Positions 1-10,593 of a DNA stretch of 64,000 nt are shown in pieces. A program made the position numbers and the translations under genes. The notes beneath the pieces were generated by a model, which was not told the DNA's origin, did not search any database, and saw only the letters and a list, made by a program, of their open reading frames with translations. The DNA is taken from positions 67,642,001 to 67,706,000 of the forward strand of contig CM060731.1 of NCBI GenBank assembly GCA_030704615.1. Direction: 5' to 3'. This stretch comes from Takakia lepidozioides (lineage: Eukaryota > Plantae > Bryophyta). Positions within the stretch are counted from its first letter, which is position 1; each line of letters begins with the position of its first letter.

Positions 1-670
1 GAAACTCTAAATGGCTCATGGCCCACCGGCCCATCTTGGTGACATTGGTTGAATGCAAGATATATGCATTCACCATCGTTGTGTCCATAAGGAAGAAGAA
101 TAGCCGATGTCATTGTCAGTGACAATTACATGCCTCAAACCATGCAATCCCGCAGCAAGACTAGTGACAACATCATAACCCTCATCTTTGCCACTTTTTG
201 GCCTTTCGCTCTCAAGCCCCCCTGCATTCTTCCCAAAGTAAACAGAGAAATCGTACACATAAGAAGTCTCCGAATCATCCAATGCCCACAACTTCATGCC
301 CCCACTTGCATGGCTTATTTGGCATGTACATCCTCATCGCACAATATTTGCCCTTGTAACGGATCATGACCTCGCCAACCGTCAACATCTTATGAAGATT
401 CCAGAGCGACTTACATCTAGCAACTACTTCATCGCAAACCCACCTAAGCTTTCCCAACTGTTAAAATTGGGACTGCCATGATCAGAGACTAGAGTGGTAT
501 TGCCAACAAGGTGCAAATATCTAAGTATGGCCTCCCACCTGCGAATGACAGGACAAGAGAAGAATACCTCAGAGTGTTTTCCAGTAACACAGAGTTCCGG
601 GCAGCTTCTTCATGCCCATAAACACACAAATACCAATCCAAACCCGCAATTCAGGAACTATCAATTCCTT
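1..670 (-). pseudogene. piggyBac-like transposase (DDE_Tnp_1_7 type), central part, decayed
   Basis: Minus-strand fragments ELRVWIGICVFMGMKKLP..YW, MIRYKGKYCAMRMYMPNKPCKWG, KLWALDDSETSYVYDFSVYFGK and GYDVVTSL..HVIVTDN follow the piggyBac motif order; stops and frameshifts present. Confidence 0.8.
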
Positions 671-739
671 TGTCATGGTTTTAGTCATGGTTAACTAGAA
701 TTACCTACTTCTAGTTAACTAGGACATTTTGGATATTTA
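671..739 (+). repeat. Terminal block A1 of the outer element (copy A2 at 28229-28297)
   Basis: TGTCATGGTTTT...GGATATTTA near-identical at both places; contains hairpin GTTAACTAGAA-N8-TTCTAGTTAAC. Confidence 0.9.
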
Positions 740-1109
740 GTGGGACAAGAAGGGGGTGTTTCTTTTGTCTTCTACAGCTAGGCCAGCCTGCAGGTCTTCT
801 TCTCCTGTGACTGTAAGACGGTTCGTGGGACACCAGAGGGTGTCAGTGCCATCTGTTCCTGCATATGTATAGTATCAAACATACATGCGAGGGATAGATC
901 TGTGTAAGACCAGCTTCGAGGTGCGTACAACTTGCAGCTGCGTACAAAGAAGTGCGGTGCAGCTTCTCTACGACTTGGCCTAAGTTGGCATTTGGGCCAC
1001 TGGCACAGTTAGACTAAATAGGAAGGGCCTCCATCCCTCTTTGTTATCCTTGAAAAAGTCTAAGACTGCCAAGCAAGGCCAGTCATGGTACAAGATGCAT
1101 GCTTCTAGA

Positions 1110-1276
1110 GACTTCATTTGGTCTCACATGCCAAGTGAGGTGTCAAACCTCACTTGGGACATGGGGATGGGTTTTCCCCTTATGAGTGTTGAGGAGGGCT
1201 CATCTTCTTGTAGTTGAGCCTCCATAAGCCTCTCCCACCTCCATAGCTCTAGCTATTGAGAAGGAGTGTGATGAGG
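1110..1276 (+). repeat. Block C1 of the outer element (copy C2 at 28319-28484)
   Basis: About 165-bp direct repeat; contains hairpin CCAAGTGAGGT-N5-ACCTCACTTGG (1131-1157). Confidence 0.9.
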
Positions 1277-2269
1277 TAGCTCAAGAGAAGCTAAGAAGTG
1301 GTTGTTCTATCCATGGTGAAATGAAGCCAAGTGGGGTTTTATTTGGTTGACAAACAAGCAAGCAAAGGCGGCGCTAGAAGGGAGTGCTTTTGCTAGTTCT
1401 ATGAGTTATTGGATTGCTCTTGGTGAAGCAAGTGGTTGACCAAGCAAGTGGCGCATGTGTGGAGCACGCTTTCCGAGTGTGGCTTCCAATTCAAGCTTGA
1501 GGAGAGCTAGAAGGTGAAGTGAGCAAGTTCATTCCTTGTGTATGAGGTGGTGCATGTTGTGGAAGAAAAGCCAAGGAGCTACATAGGCTAGGGCTTGAAG
1601 ACAACAAAAGCAACCACTTGGAGAGCATCAAGAAGCTCAAGATGACTCCAAAGGGAAGCATGTGGGTGAGAATTCTATCCATGATGATGTGAAACCAAGC
1701 CTAGAGTATTGAAGAGCTTGGAGCACATGTGGGAGATCATTGGAGGTGGTCTTCATGAAGAAAGGAGATTGTGGCTCACGGCATGCATAGCAACTTCAAC
1801 CATACATTAGCATGTGACAAGACAAGGAAGGGGAAGGTGAAGCTCATGTATTCATTCCCTTTTTGCTTAAGTTTTGTGGTGGATGGTTGATCAAGCAAGT
1901 GATGCTTATGTGGAGCATGCTCTTTAGGGCTTGTGACTTCAAGTTTGAGAAGATGAGCTCTTGAATAGAGGTGTGGATACACATTATGATGAATGAAGAG
2001 AACACCTAGGTCAAGAGGTGGAAGTGTGTGTGACTAACCCATGCAAGGGAAAGCACATGGAAGATGGCATACAAAATTCAAATTCAAGCAAGGCTTGGCG
2101 CTTGTCATTGGGCACATTAGCTTGCTATGAGTTCCAAGGAGATCAAGATGAACTTGTCAATTTGGGATGAATGCATTGCAAAGTAAGATAATGCAATCTT
2201 GCATGCATGTTAGGGGGGGAAGATACCATGAAGAAGGTGTTTCTTACTATACTCTACAAACCCTAGTCT

Positions 2270-2510
2270 CCATATTCTTCAAGAAACTGTGTATGGGCTC
2301 CCTCTGCCCATCATACACTTTTGTGAACAGTGTATGGAACCCCTGCCCAACATACACTTTTGTGAACAGAGTATGGGCCCCCTCTGCCCAACATACGTTT
2401 TTGTGAACAGTGTATGGGCTCCATCTGCCCCACCATACACTTTTGTGAACAGTGTATGGATACAAGTGGAGAGACTTTGCCTACCATACGTTTTCATTAA
2501 AAGTGTATGA
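2270..2510. repeat. Tandem array of about 41-bp hairpin units (5-6 copies)
   Basis: Core CATACACTTTTGTGAACAGTGTATG (CATACACT/AGTGTATG stem) at about 2312, 2351, 2392 and 2434, with degenerate copies flanking. Confidence 0.85.
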
Positions 2511-3369
2511 CATCCAGGGTGTATCTGGAGGAGTATTGCCTTTGGAGGATCTTTGGGGGGTCCTTTGAGGAGCTTTTAAGACACTTGAAGAGCTCTTGAA
2601 GGGGTGTTTGGAGGACTATTTGGAGGACTATTGGGGATCCTTGAAGACCAATATTTAGCAAACATTTGGAGCTTTGGAGGGCTATTTGGAGGACTATTTT
2701 GGGGTCCTTGGAGGCTAATATTTGGCGAGCTTAAGGTGTCTTTGGCAACTTGTCTGAAGGATTTTTTGGGGTCATTGAGGGCCATGATTTGGCAGGCTTT
2801 GGGGGCCTTAGTGAGATTGTTTGAGAGACATCTTGAGGGCTCTTGGAGAGTTATTTGAGAGACCCTGGAAGGTAGTTATGTCTGTTGGTCATGAGCAAGA
2901 GCGTTTAGAGATAGGGGGAGACTAGTGGGATGAGAGCATTCTGGGATTAGGAATTTCTTTAGTCAGGCTTCCTCGTAGTCTTCCACCCTCTATGTAGGCC
3001 AAAACCTTTCCGTAGGTGGAGGCAAGAGTTAGTCCGGGTTTGGGCTAGGGTGTCCTTGCAGGAGCGACACTGTGGAGTGTTTTTTTTGATGTGGGGGGGT
3101 TACTATCTTGATTTTCTTGTGTTTGGATCCCCCCCACACCTGCATGCTTGACTGTGCGCCATGTCAGTTTTGTGTGGGCGCTTGTTTTCATAGGAGGTTG
3201 GTCCGGATTTGATCACCGGCCAATCCTAAAGCATGTTGTCGGTGGTGAGGCTGGGGTGATGACCAGTCAGACCATCATTGTTTCTCTTATGGTGAGGCTG
3301 GGTTAATGACCAGCAGACCATATGAATGCTTGCGGTGGATGCAGGTGTAGGTTTATGTTACAAACCTAG

Positions 3370-4300
3370 TGTCGCGCGGCTTTTACTCACCCATCCCTTC
3401 GCTATCCGAGGCGGGAACTCCAAGATAGAAGAGTTGGAAATCTCTAAGCACTCAGCCCGCTCAGAACAATCAGTCATGACCTACAGCTAGTGTATCATGG
3501 GGGTGTTTCCTATTTGTTTTCCTTCCCGCATTCATGTTAGCTAGTTACCTTACTGTTGGTATTTAAGTATCACTTTGCTTCAGCAATCTATCGGATTCCA
3601 TCAACTCATCCATTCATTCCACAGCTTCACTCAGATCTCTCTACACAGTGTGAGTATGAAGTATGTATCAGATTAATATCTATCAAGTATCGGGCTGAAG
3701 CCATGGTATCTCTATTCTGCTCTACATTACAACTCTACTTCTTGCATTCAGCAAGTATCAACAGATTGTTCTCCTCCTACTCCGTGCTCTCCCTCTTTCT
3801 GCTCAGAGATGCACTCTCCGCTTCATTTTCAAGTTTTGATTTCCCCCCGAAGTCTTTCCAGAAGTGCTCCCAGAAGTCATTCTCCCCCAAGAAGTGATGA
3901 TTTTCCAGTCCTCGCTCCTAGCTTTATCTTCCTACCCGTTGTTCTAACCGTTTCCCTCACTAACCGTCATCCGTGAACTAACATGTTCCATTCGCAGATG
4001 TTGTTCCCCACAGTTGTTCCATGTCTTGCTATCCGTTCCCTATGGTCATGACAGCTGTGTCAAGCTATGATTGGCTGTGTGAAACTGTGACGGGCTGTGA
4101 CGGGCTGTGCGACTGTGTTGGGTTGTGTCGGGCTGTGTCGAGCTGTGACTGGCTGTGCGACTGTGTCGAGCTGTGACGGGCTGTGTAACCCCCCCCCCCC
4201 CCCTAAAAGTGCGCTGCTGTCACCCCTAAGGCTCCTGTTGGTCTCAGTCTGTGCAAAAATTAAGGGTAAAAGTGCCTAAGTCCCAGACAGTCCTCTAACA
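3370..4300 (-). repeat. 3' LTR of the Athila/Tat-like element
   Basis: Near-identical to 21701-22708; adjacent polypurine tract on the minus strand at 4301-4320. Confidence 0.95.
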
Positions 4301-4320
4301 TTACCCCTTCCCCTCTCAAA
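4301..4320 (-). promoter_or_regulatory. Polypurine tract
   Basis: Minus strand TTTGAGAGGGGAAGGGGTAA directly before the 3' LTR. Confidence 0.85.
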
Positions 4321-4338
4321 AAGCCGTGTCCTCACGGT

Positions 4339-5340
4339 TTACTGTTTGGGATTAGCAAACCTTTGTGAGCGAGCACCCTTCTGACGTTGAGAGTCTCGTG
4401 AAGGACTCTGTGTGTGAGCCCGAGGTCTGTCACTGGTTGACGAAGATGATTGAACACTACCTGGATATGTCAATCCCTCTGGAGGCTGATATCGAGGTAA
4501 TCTTTCAGGCATAGGAGACCCCCGTCGCTTCTTCTCTGCCATCTGAATTGCATAGTCCTCTGTCATGTCAAAAGAGTCCGCTAAAGAAACAGTTGTATCA
4601 AAATCCTCGTCGCCTCTCAGGTGTTTTAACGGCCAAACTTTTTGTGGAATCCTCTGGGGCATACAATGTTGTCCCACCATGTCTGGAAGTTTAAACTGCA
4701 AAACTTGCTGTAAGCGCTGAATGGCAAAATTGGTGAAGACCCTGAGCTCCTTGTCTGTCCAGGTGAGTAGGGTACCAATTACTTGTGAATTGTGCAAGTA
4801 TTTCCATGCCTCATGTCCCTTAAAGAAAATATCGTCAGGGCCGAATTTCTGTGTTGACAAATTGTTCCAGGCCGCATGAAACCATGAACGAATCTGAGAA
4901 TCCTTTTGCATCATAATTTTTGCCTCATATAGGTACATATGAGGTGGCACTGAAGGTAAGACCCAATGATCCCCACTGGAATAACTCAGAAAGCGCGTTT
5001 GCATCTTCTGCTGCTCAATGTGATAACGTACTAGAAAACAAGCAGCGTAGTATAACCCGCAGCCCATGACAATACTTGCTACCTCTTTGGTCTTGGTATA
5101 AATGAATCCATGTACAACTTGGAAGGCAATTAATTCCTTCAACATGGTACTTGCCTCATGCCAGTACTGCGCAAAGTGATGATCCTCAATTGGTCGATTG
5201 TTCGGAAGAACTTTAGTCCTAGTTGTCACTGGCAGCCAAATGCGCATGATTTGATAGTAATGTGCCAACGACTGCGGAGGACTAAATTCCTTCCAAGCCA
5301 AATCCAACACAATGGGAATTTGGTTGAAGGGCATAATCAT
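4339..5340 (-). CDS. Extra retrotransposon ORF3, 333 aa, unknown function
   Basis: Open ORF between ORF2 and the PPT, in frame with ORF2; aromatic-rich core and basic low-complexity tail. Confidence 0.6.
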   Translation of the reverse strand: MIMPFNQIPIVLDLAWKEFSPPQSLAHYYQIMRIWLPVTTRTKVLPNNRPIEDHHFAQYWHEASTMLKELIAFQVVHGFIYTKTKEVASIVMGCGLYYAACFLVRYHIEQQKMQTRFLSYSSGDHWVLPSVPPHMYLYEAKIMMQKDSQIRSWFHAAWNNLSTQKFGPDDIFFKGHEAWKYLHNSQVIGTLLTWTDKELRVFTNFAIQRLQQVLQFKLPDMVGQHCMPQRIPQKVWPLKHLRGDEDFDTTVSLADSFDMTEDYAIQMAEKKRRGSPMPERLPRYQPPEGLTYPGSVQSSSSTSDRPRAHTQSPSRDSQRQKGARSQRFANPKQ

Positions 5341-5352
5341 AGCCCGACTGTA

Positions 5353-7941
5353 CTACCGTGCAGCAGGAGTTTTAGGTGGGTTAAAAGCAGCATTCCCCCA
5401 TACCTCAGGCTGTGGTGGCTGTGGTGTGGCTGTAGTAACAACAGGGTCAGCTACTGTTACAGTGACTTGTTGTGGTGTTGGTGGCACTGGCTCTTGTACC
5501 ATTAGCATCTCCTGCACCCCCTGCGAAGAAGACTGAAAAGCCAAAGTTCTGGCTTGTAAATAAGAAGCCATCAGTTGTTCCTCAGGTACAAAGACTCTCT
5601 TGTCGATATTTGAAGTGAGGTCCTCCACCTGAGTCTGCAGGCCGTCTACATCCTCCTGTAACTCCGCTATCCTACTATAGACATTGTCTATAGTAATTGT
5701 GGCAATGTTCTGCACTTGCAGTCTGAGCTCATTCATCTCGCTTTGGGTGAGCTTTCGTGGTGCTTTGCCCTCCACCGGCCCTTGTGCTAACCAGACCTGC
5801 ATAAGGTGGTTATCCACCAAGTTGCTTGTGGCACCCCTGAGAGTCTGCTCCTCTGTAAGCCTGTACACATCTATCTGCTGCTGTAAAGCCTCCATCCGCT
5901 TTGCATGAGGTTCAACCAAACTCGCATAGGCAGCAGCCAGATTATTGGCTTCTTTCCAAGCCTTGTTAGCCACAGAGAGTTCATTTCTATTTACCATGAG
6001 CGTTTGTTGCAACTCCAGGATGTACCTCTCTTGGTCAGCTTCAACCTGTCTGTATTGCTTGAAAGTATTTTCATTGCGACAGATTGTATTCTTCATATCG
6101 ACAATGAGTTTCGCTTGCTCGACATTCTCTGCCTCTGCCTTCGTACATCTTTCCGCTTGACTGTTAATTTCTATTGTAGCTTGGTCAAGCGTAGTTGTGA
6201 GTGTAGCACATTGTATGGCCATCCTGTCATGCACTGTCTGCAACTCCGTATGTAGTGCATTCACTTCTTGCAACTTGCTTTCATGCTTCACTTGCATTTG
6301 GTATAGCTGTTGCTTATGTGCTTCGTGCAACTGGTCTTGCGCGAGGCCTGCCTCAATCAATTGTTCCTTGGCCAATTGCAAAGCAGCTTTTGTACTCTCT
6401 AAGTCTTGCTGTATCTTGAGAGTGACCTCCTCATCGACCTTGTTTGCACACTCAGTGGCAAGTCGAGCCTCAAACTCCTTCCTGAGTTCCTCCCTCAAAG
6501 CTGCCAATTGGGTAGTTGGAACATGGGAATTGACATAAGTGCCCAACAAATTAAGTGTCTTGCTTATGGAACTCATAAGCATGGCCTGTTGAGGGTCATC
6601 ATGGTGATCTTGCTGCTGTTCTCCCTTATCCTCAACAATGTGATGCCTCACTAACCATTCAGGCCATTGCCCCACCAGATTTTCTTCCTGAACCACTTCA
6701 TCCGTCACAGGTGTTGCAGTGTCTTGACATTCTACCTGTGGTACCTCCGTCACAGGTGTGTGTATTATATGCACCGCAGGGTTTCCCCTGGACAACCGCT
6801 GCACCTCTGGAATCACTGTTTCCCTGACCAGACCAGAATTTTCATAGAGAAGGTCCCCCTTCTCAATTTCTGCCACCACCTGTTCTGTAGTGGGGATATC
6901 TAACCCTTCTTTCTCCAAATCAATTATTTCCGGTGGAACTGCATGGACAACTTGTGGTAACTCTGTGACAAGCCGATCATCTGGCTGTGATGGCTGTGAT
7001 ACTGAAGTAACTTCCTCTTCCCTCTCTGAAGGTCCTGCTTCCAATAATAGCAGCTCTATGTGCTGCTGTGCCCCTTCCTGCACAAGAGCTTGGGAAACAT
7101 TATCATGCGGTTTTCGTGAAGCCAGTGGATCCGCCACTACAGTCTTTCCCCGCCTCTGTCTCTTAGACTGGGATTGCCCTGCCAGTCCACCCTCACTCTG
7201 TGAAGAGCCTTGCTCTTCCATTACAGTGGTTTCGGTCTCAAACACTCCCATCTCCTTTCTTTCTCGAGCATCTAGTATGCAAGAATCAAGAATTATTTGA
7301 GTAATGATTGGGCCAGACACTATGATAGGAGACTTTGCGGCAGTGCCCTGTAATCTTTTCATCTCCTCTACCAGTGCGTTGTACATTATGTCCGCCCATG
7401 CTACCTCTTCTCCTCTCAGGGCTTTGAGTATTTCCTCTGTGAAGGATCTGCTCAAATACTGTTGGTTCTGTTTCATGGCAAACAAAATGTTCAATACCTG
7501 GCCTACCTCCCTTAGCCCTGGGTAGACGGCCTTGGTACAAGCATAACCCTGAGTTTTAAGGAAACTCCCTTCTTGGAATAAGTCCCCAATTTGCAGTCTT
7601 GCCCTGTGCTCCTCCACATGCACCTGACCTGATGGCAATTCAAACAATTGCTGTAGGTATAGGGGAGTAATTTCTAATTCAACTCCCTTCACCGTTGTTG
7701 CTCCTGTCCTAGGCTCAAAGTTCTGCAAGAATTGTAACATGTACTGCCTATGGTGCAATGTCCAATCTTTGCTTTGCAATCCTTCTAATCGCAGCTTCTT
7801 CAGTAACTGTACCGCCTGTGGAGTAGCAATCGTTTGTTTCTGCAGGATTGTGGTGTTCTTTGCAGGGCACAAAGCATAAACGTATGGTTGCCACAAAATG
7901 CTATGGGTAATTTCTTGTAAGCCTGCGGGGCTTGCAAGCAT
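5353..7941 (-). CDS. Extra retrotransposon ORF2, 862 aa: Athila-ORF2/Transposase_32-like N-terminus plus long coiled coil
   Basis: Intact ORF downstream of integrase; VKGVELEITP..LQQLFELP and GEEVAWADIMY..GPIITQI patterns; heptad-rich E/Q/L region; domain call by eye. Confidence 0.7.
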   Translation of the reverse strand: MLASPAGLQEITHSILWQPYVYALCPAKNTTILQKQTIATPQAVQLLKKLRLEGLQSKDWTLHHRQYMLQFLQNFEPRTGATTVKGVELEITPLYLQQLFELPSGQVHVEEHRARLQIGDLFQEGSFLKTQGYACTKAVYPGLREVGQVLNILFAMKQNQQYLSRSFTEEILKALRGEEVAWADIMYNALVEEMKRLQGTAAKSPIIVSGPIITQIILDSCILDARERKEMGVFETETTVMEEQGSSQSEGGLAGQSQSKRQRRGKTVVADPLASRKPHDNVSQALVQEGAQQHIELLLLEAGPSEREEEVTSVSQPSQPDDRLVTELPQVVHAVPPEIIDLEKEGLDIPTTEQVVAEIEKGDLLYENSGLVRETVIPEVQRLSRGNPAVHIIHTPVTEVPQVECQDTATPVTDEVVQEENLVGQWPEWLVRHHIVEDKGEQQQDHHDDPQQAMLMSSISKTLNLLGTYVNSHVPTTQLAALREELRKEFEARLATECANKVDEEVTLKIQQDLESTKAALQLAKEQLIEAGLAQDQLHEAHKQQLYQMQVKHESKLQEVNALHTELQTVHDRMAIQCATLTTTLDQATIEINSQAERCTKAEAENVEQAKLIVDMKNTICRNENTFKQYRQVEADQERYILELQQTLMVNRNELSVANKAWKEANNLAAAYASLVEPHAKRMEALQQQIDVYRLTEEQTLRGATSNLVDNHLMQVWLAQGPVEGKAPRKLTQSEMNELRLQVQNIATITIDNVYSRIAELQEDVDGLQTQVEDLTSNIDKRVFVPEEQLMASYLQARTLAFQSSSQGVQEMLMVQEPVPPTPQQVTVTVADPVVTTATPQPPQPEVWGNAAFNPPKTPAAR

Positions 7942-7944
7942 CGA

Positions 7945-9001
7945 TTAAGAGAAAAGATACTCTATGTTAACCCTAGTAGGCTGTGTTGTGCTGTGACAGG
8001 TTGTGTTATACTGTGGTACGCTGTGATAGGCTGTGACACGCTGTGATGGGTTGTGATAGGCTGTGTTACGCCGTGCTGGGCTGTGATAGGCTGTGTCGCG
8101 CCGTGCTGGGCTGTGATATGCTGTGTCGCGCCGTGCTGGGCTGTGATAGGCTGTGTCGCGCCTGTACTGCCCGCCCTGGTCATATACGCTCGGCCTAACG
8201 ACAAGTGCTCCATACTTTGTTGGTATCACTGGCACAGCCCGTGACTGCTTTTGCGTTTCAACATGCAAATCATGCTGCAATGGTTTGTCATGGATACCAC
8301 TGTACCCCTTCAACTTATTGGCATTGACTCTTCCCAGTATTTCTTTGTTAATGGTTTGTAACATGGCAGTGTTGTTATCATACATCTTTTGTATGACATA
8401 AGGTCCTTTCCATGGTGATTTAAGCTTAGAAGCTTTAATCTTTCCCTTCTTCTGCAACCAGAGAACCAAATATCCCGTCTTAAAAGTCTTTAACTTGCCT
8501 TCATCAAACTGTTCCTTTCTCTTCATCTGAATTCTGGTCATGTTATCAGCTGCATCAGCACGTACTTCTTCCACATGGTATAATTCATGTTTCCTGACCT
8601 TAATTGAATCTTGCAATTCCATTCTCTTTCCCCATTCCATTCTCATGGTAGGTAACAGGAATTCCACTGGAAGTAAAGCTTCCATACCATAAACTAATTG
8701 GAATGGTGTATACTTAGTGGTGACTTTATATGAAGTCCTGTATGACCACAAAGCTGTCAGCAGCTTTGCATCCCAATCCGTTCTGTTTGCATTGACTATC
8801 TCAGCCAAGATAGTACATAGTATTTTGTTGGTAGCCTCTGCCTGCCCATTACCCTGTGGGTAATATATTGTACTCTTCCTATGCACAATCATGAACTCTT
8901 TAGTCAATAATTCAATGGTCTCATTAATGAAGTGACTTCCCTGATCACTGATAAATTCCAAGGGACAGCCAAATCGTGTAAGTATGTTCTCATACAGGAA
9001 C
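7945..9001 (-). pseudogene. Integrase core and C-terminus of the Athila/Tat-like element, with repeat-encoded tail
   Basis: FISDQGSHF, YYPQGNGQAEATNK and WKGPY motifs; separated from its N-terminal half (15809-16300) by the chromovirus. Confidence 0.9.
7980..8165. repeat. 10/30-bp GCTGTG-type tandem repeat encoding (RRDTAYHSPA)n
   Basis: CCGTGCTGGGCTGTGATAGGCTGTGTCGCG x3 plus degenerate copies. Confidence 0.9.
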
Positions 9002-10593
9002 TGTCGCGCACCTCACTTCGGTAAGCTCCCCCTCAAGTCATAGTTACTCGCTTTGATGCGCGCGCCTGACTCCCAACCTGGCCGCCGGCCAACTTGGAGC
9101 TTCGGCTGCTCACCGGGGCATAACGGTCCCCCTTTGTTCTCCCAAAGAACCCTCCACCGATTTGGAACCAGCGGGAATTCCCTTTGGTAGTTGGCAGTCC
9201 GGAACAGCTCCCCACTCTTTGGTCGCTTTCCGGCTCGCTCGCTTACTCACTAGTTTTTGGTCACCAACGGGCTTGCACCGTTCTCGGGTTACTACTCCCT
9301 ATATATACTTCTGTAGCTGTCCGTGGGGTTCCACAACCAGCCATGCCATTTTATGGCGAACCACCACGAAAACCCTCGACTCCCGGTGATGAGTCGCGGT
9401 GAGTCTTGGCCCGCTCACCACGGCCCCTATGGACCGTGATGAGTCCCAAAACTCCCCACGACTCCCACCACGAGGTCTCCGCCCCCATGGTGAGTCCTAT
9501 GCCACCCCCACTAAGTCCCGCTAAGCTACCACCACCCCTTGTGGAGCCACCCCCACCGCAACCCGGTGTGCGGGGCTTCCACCTAGTGAGCGCCTCCGCT
9601 TCCCTGAGTGCCTTGGGCACTCAAGGGTGCTTCAGCCCCCCATACCTATCGCTGCCGCTGCCCCTACCACAGGGGCAGCCCCTCATGTGTCCCGACCCCC
9701 TGCCCTCAAGGCAAAGGGCCGCGACACACACCCCTACCAACAGGGAGTCGATGTCCTCATCAACTTGTCCATTTTGTAGAAACGAACATCCAAAATGTGG
9801 CGTCCCACATCAAGGAGTTTGTTTCCGCACCATGGCGTCCCATGGCAAAGAACCAAACCCCACACTTGACTCTACTCTCCACTAGCTAGTTCGGCCGACT
9901 TCCTCCAAGTCCCGGCCAAGGGTGGAGCCTCTCCAGCTCCTCCCAGTGCACTCTTCTTGGCCTACTTCAAGGCCAAGGAACGATCCTCCCCGAGGATCGA
10001 ATCGCCTTACTGCAACAACATTGCTTGTGATCGCTCATGATGCCGCTTTTGGCATCACCTTGAGCAAGGGTTCACCTGGAACCCTCTTTGACTAGGAAGA
10101 TAACCTTGAACCAACCGTGCGCCCCAATCACTACAATTGGGTCCGCCTTGGAATGCTGGCCTGAGGTACGAGAACACGCCGAAGCCGCACTACGACTTCG
10201 TCCCGAGGCTACACGATTATAGTACGTGAACGGAAGCACGTAGCTTCCGCGTTAGCCCGCACTACAAGGCAACCCCCTCGGTAGCGCAGTTATAGTACGC
10301 GCACGCGCCAGGTGCGCACTAGCACGTGAACTCCCAAAGAAGTCGCAAGTTTCCTTGCCCCTTGGATGGGGGTCACCCGATTTCGGCACTACGCAAACAC
10401 ACGATTAACCCAATTTACCTCTCCCACTTTTATAAGCTAGCATGCATTCTACACACTAGCCAACCATACCATGCATCACCATTCCAAACAAAATAGGACG
10501 CACAACATTTGGAACCCATTTCCTTTATAATAAATTTTTGTACAATACAAGTTTTTGTAATCGGATTCCTAAGCTAGCTAAGCCGGGCTAAGC

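Noticed and set aside
2270-2510. CRISPR array
   Set aside because: Linkers are short and homologous to one another; this is a tandem repeat
3556-3897. Duplicated 113-aa ORF (also 21887-22228)
   Set aside because: Duplicated only because it lies in the LTRs; non-ATG start and antisense to the element
9406-9885. Proline-rich ORFs in the chromovirus LTRs (also 28984-29463 and 34864-35226)
   Set aside because: GC-rich LTR sequence; frames differ among the four LTR copies
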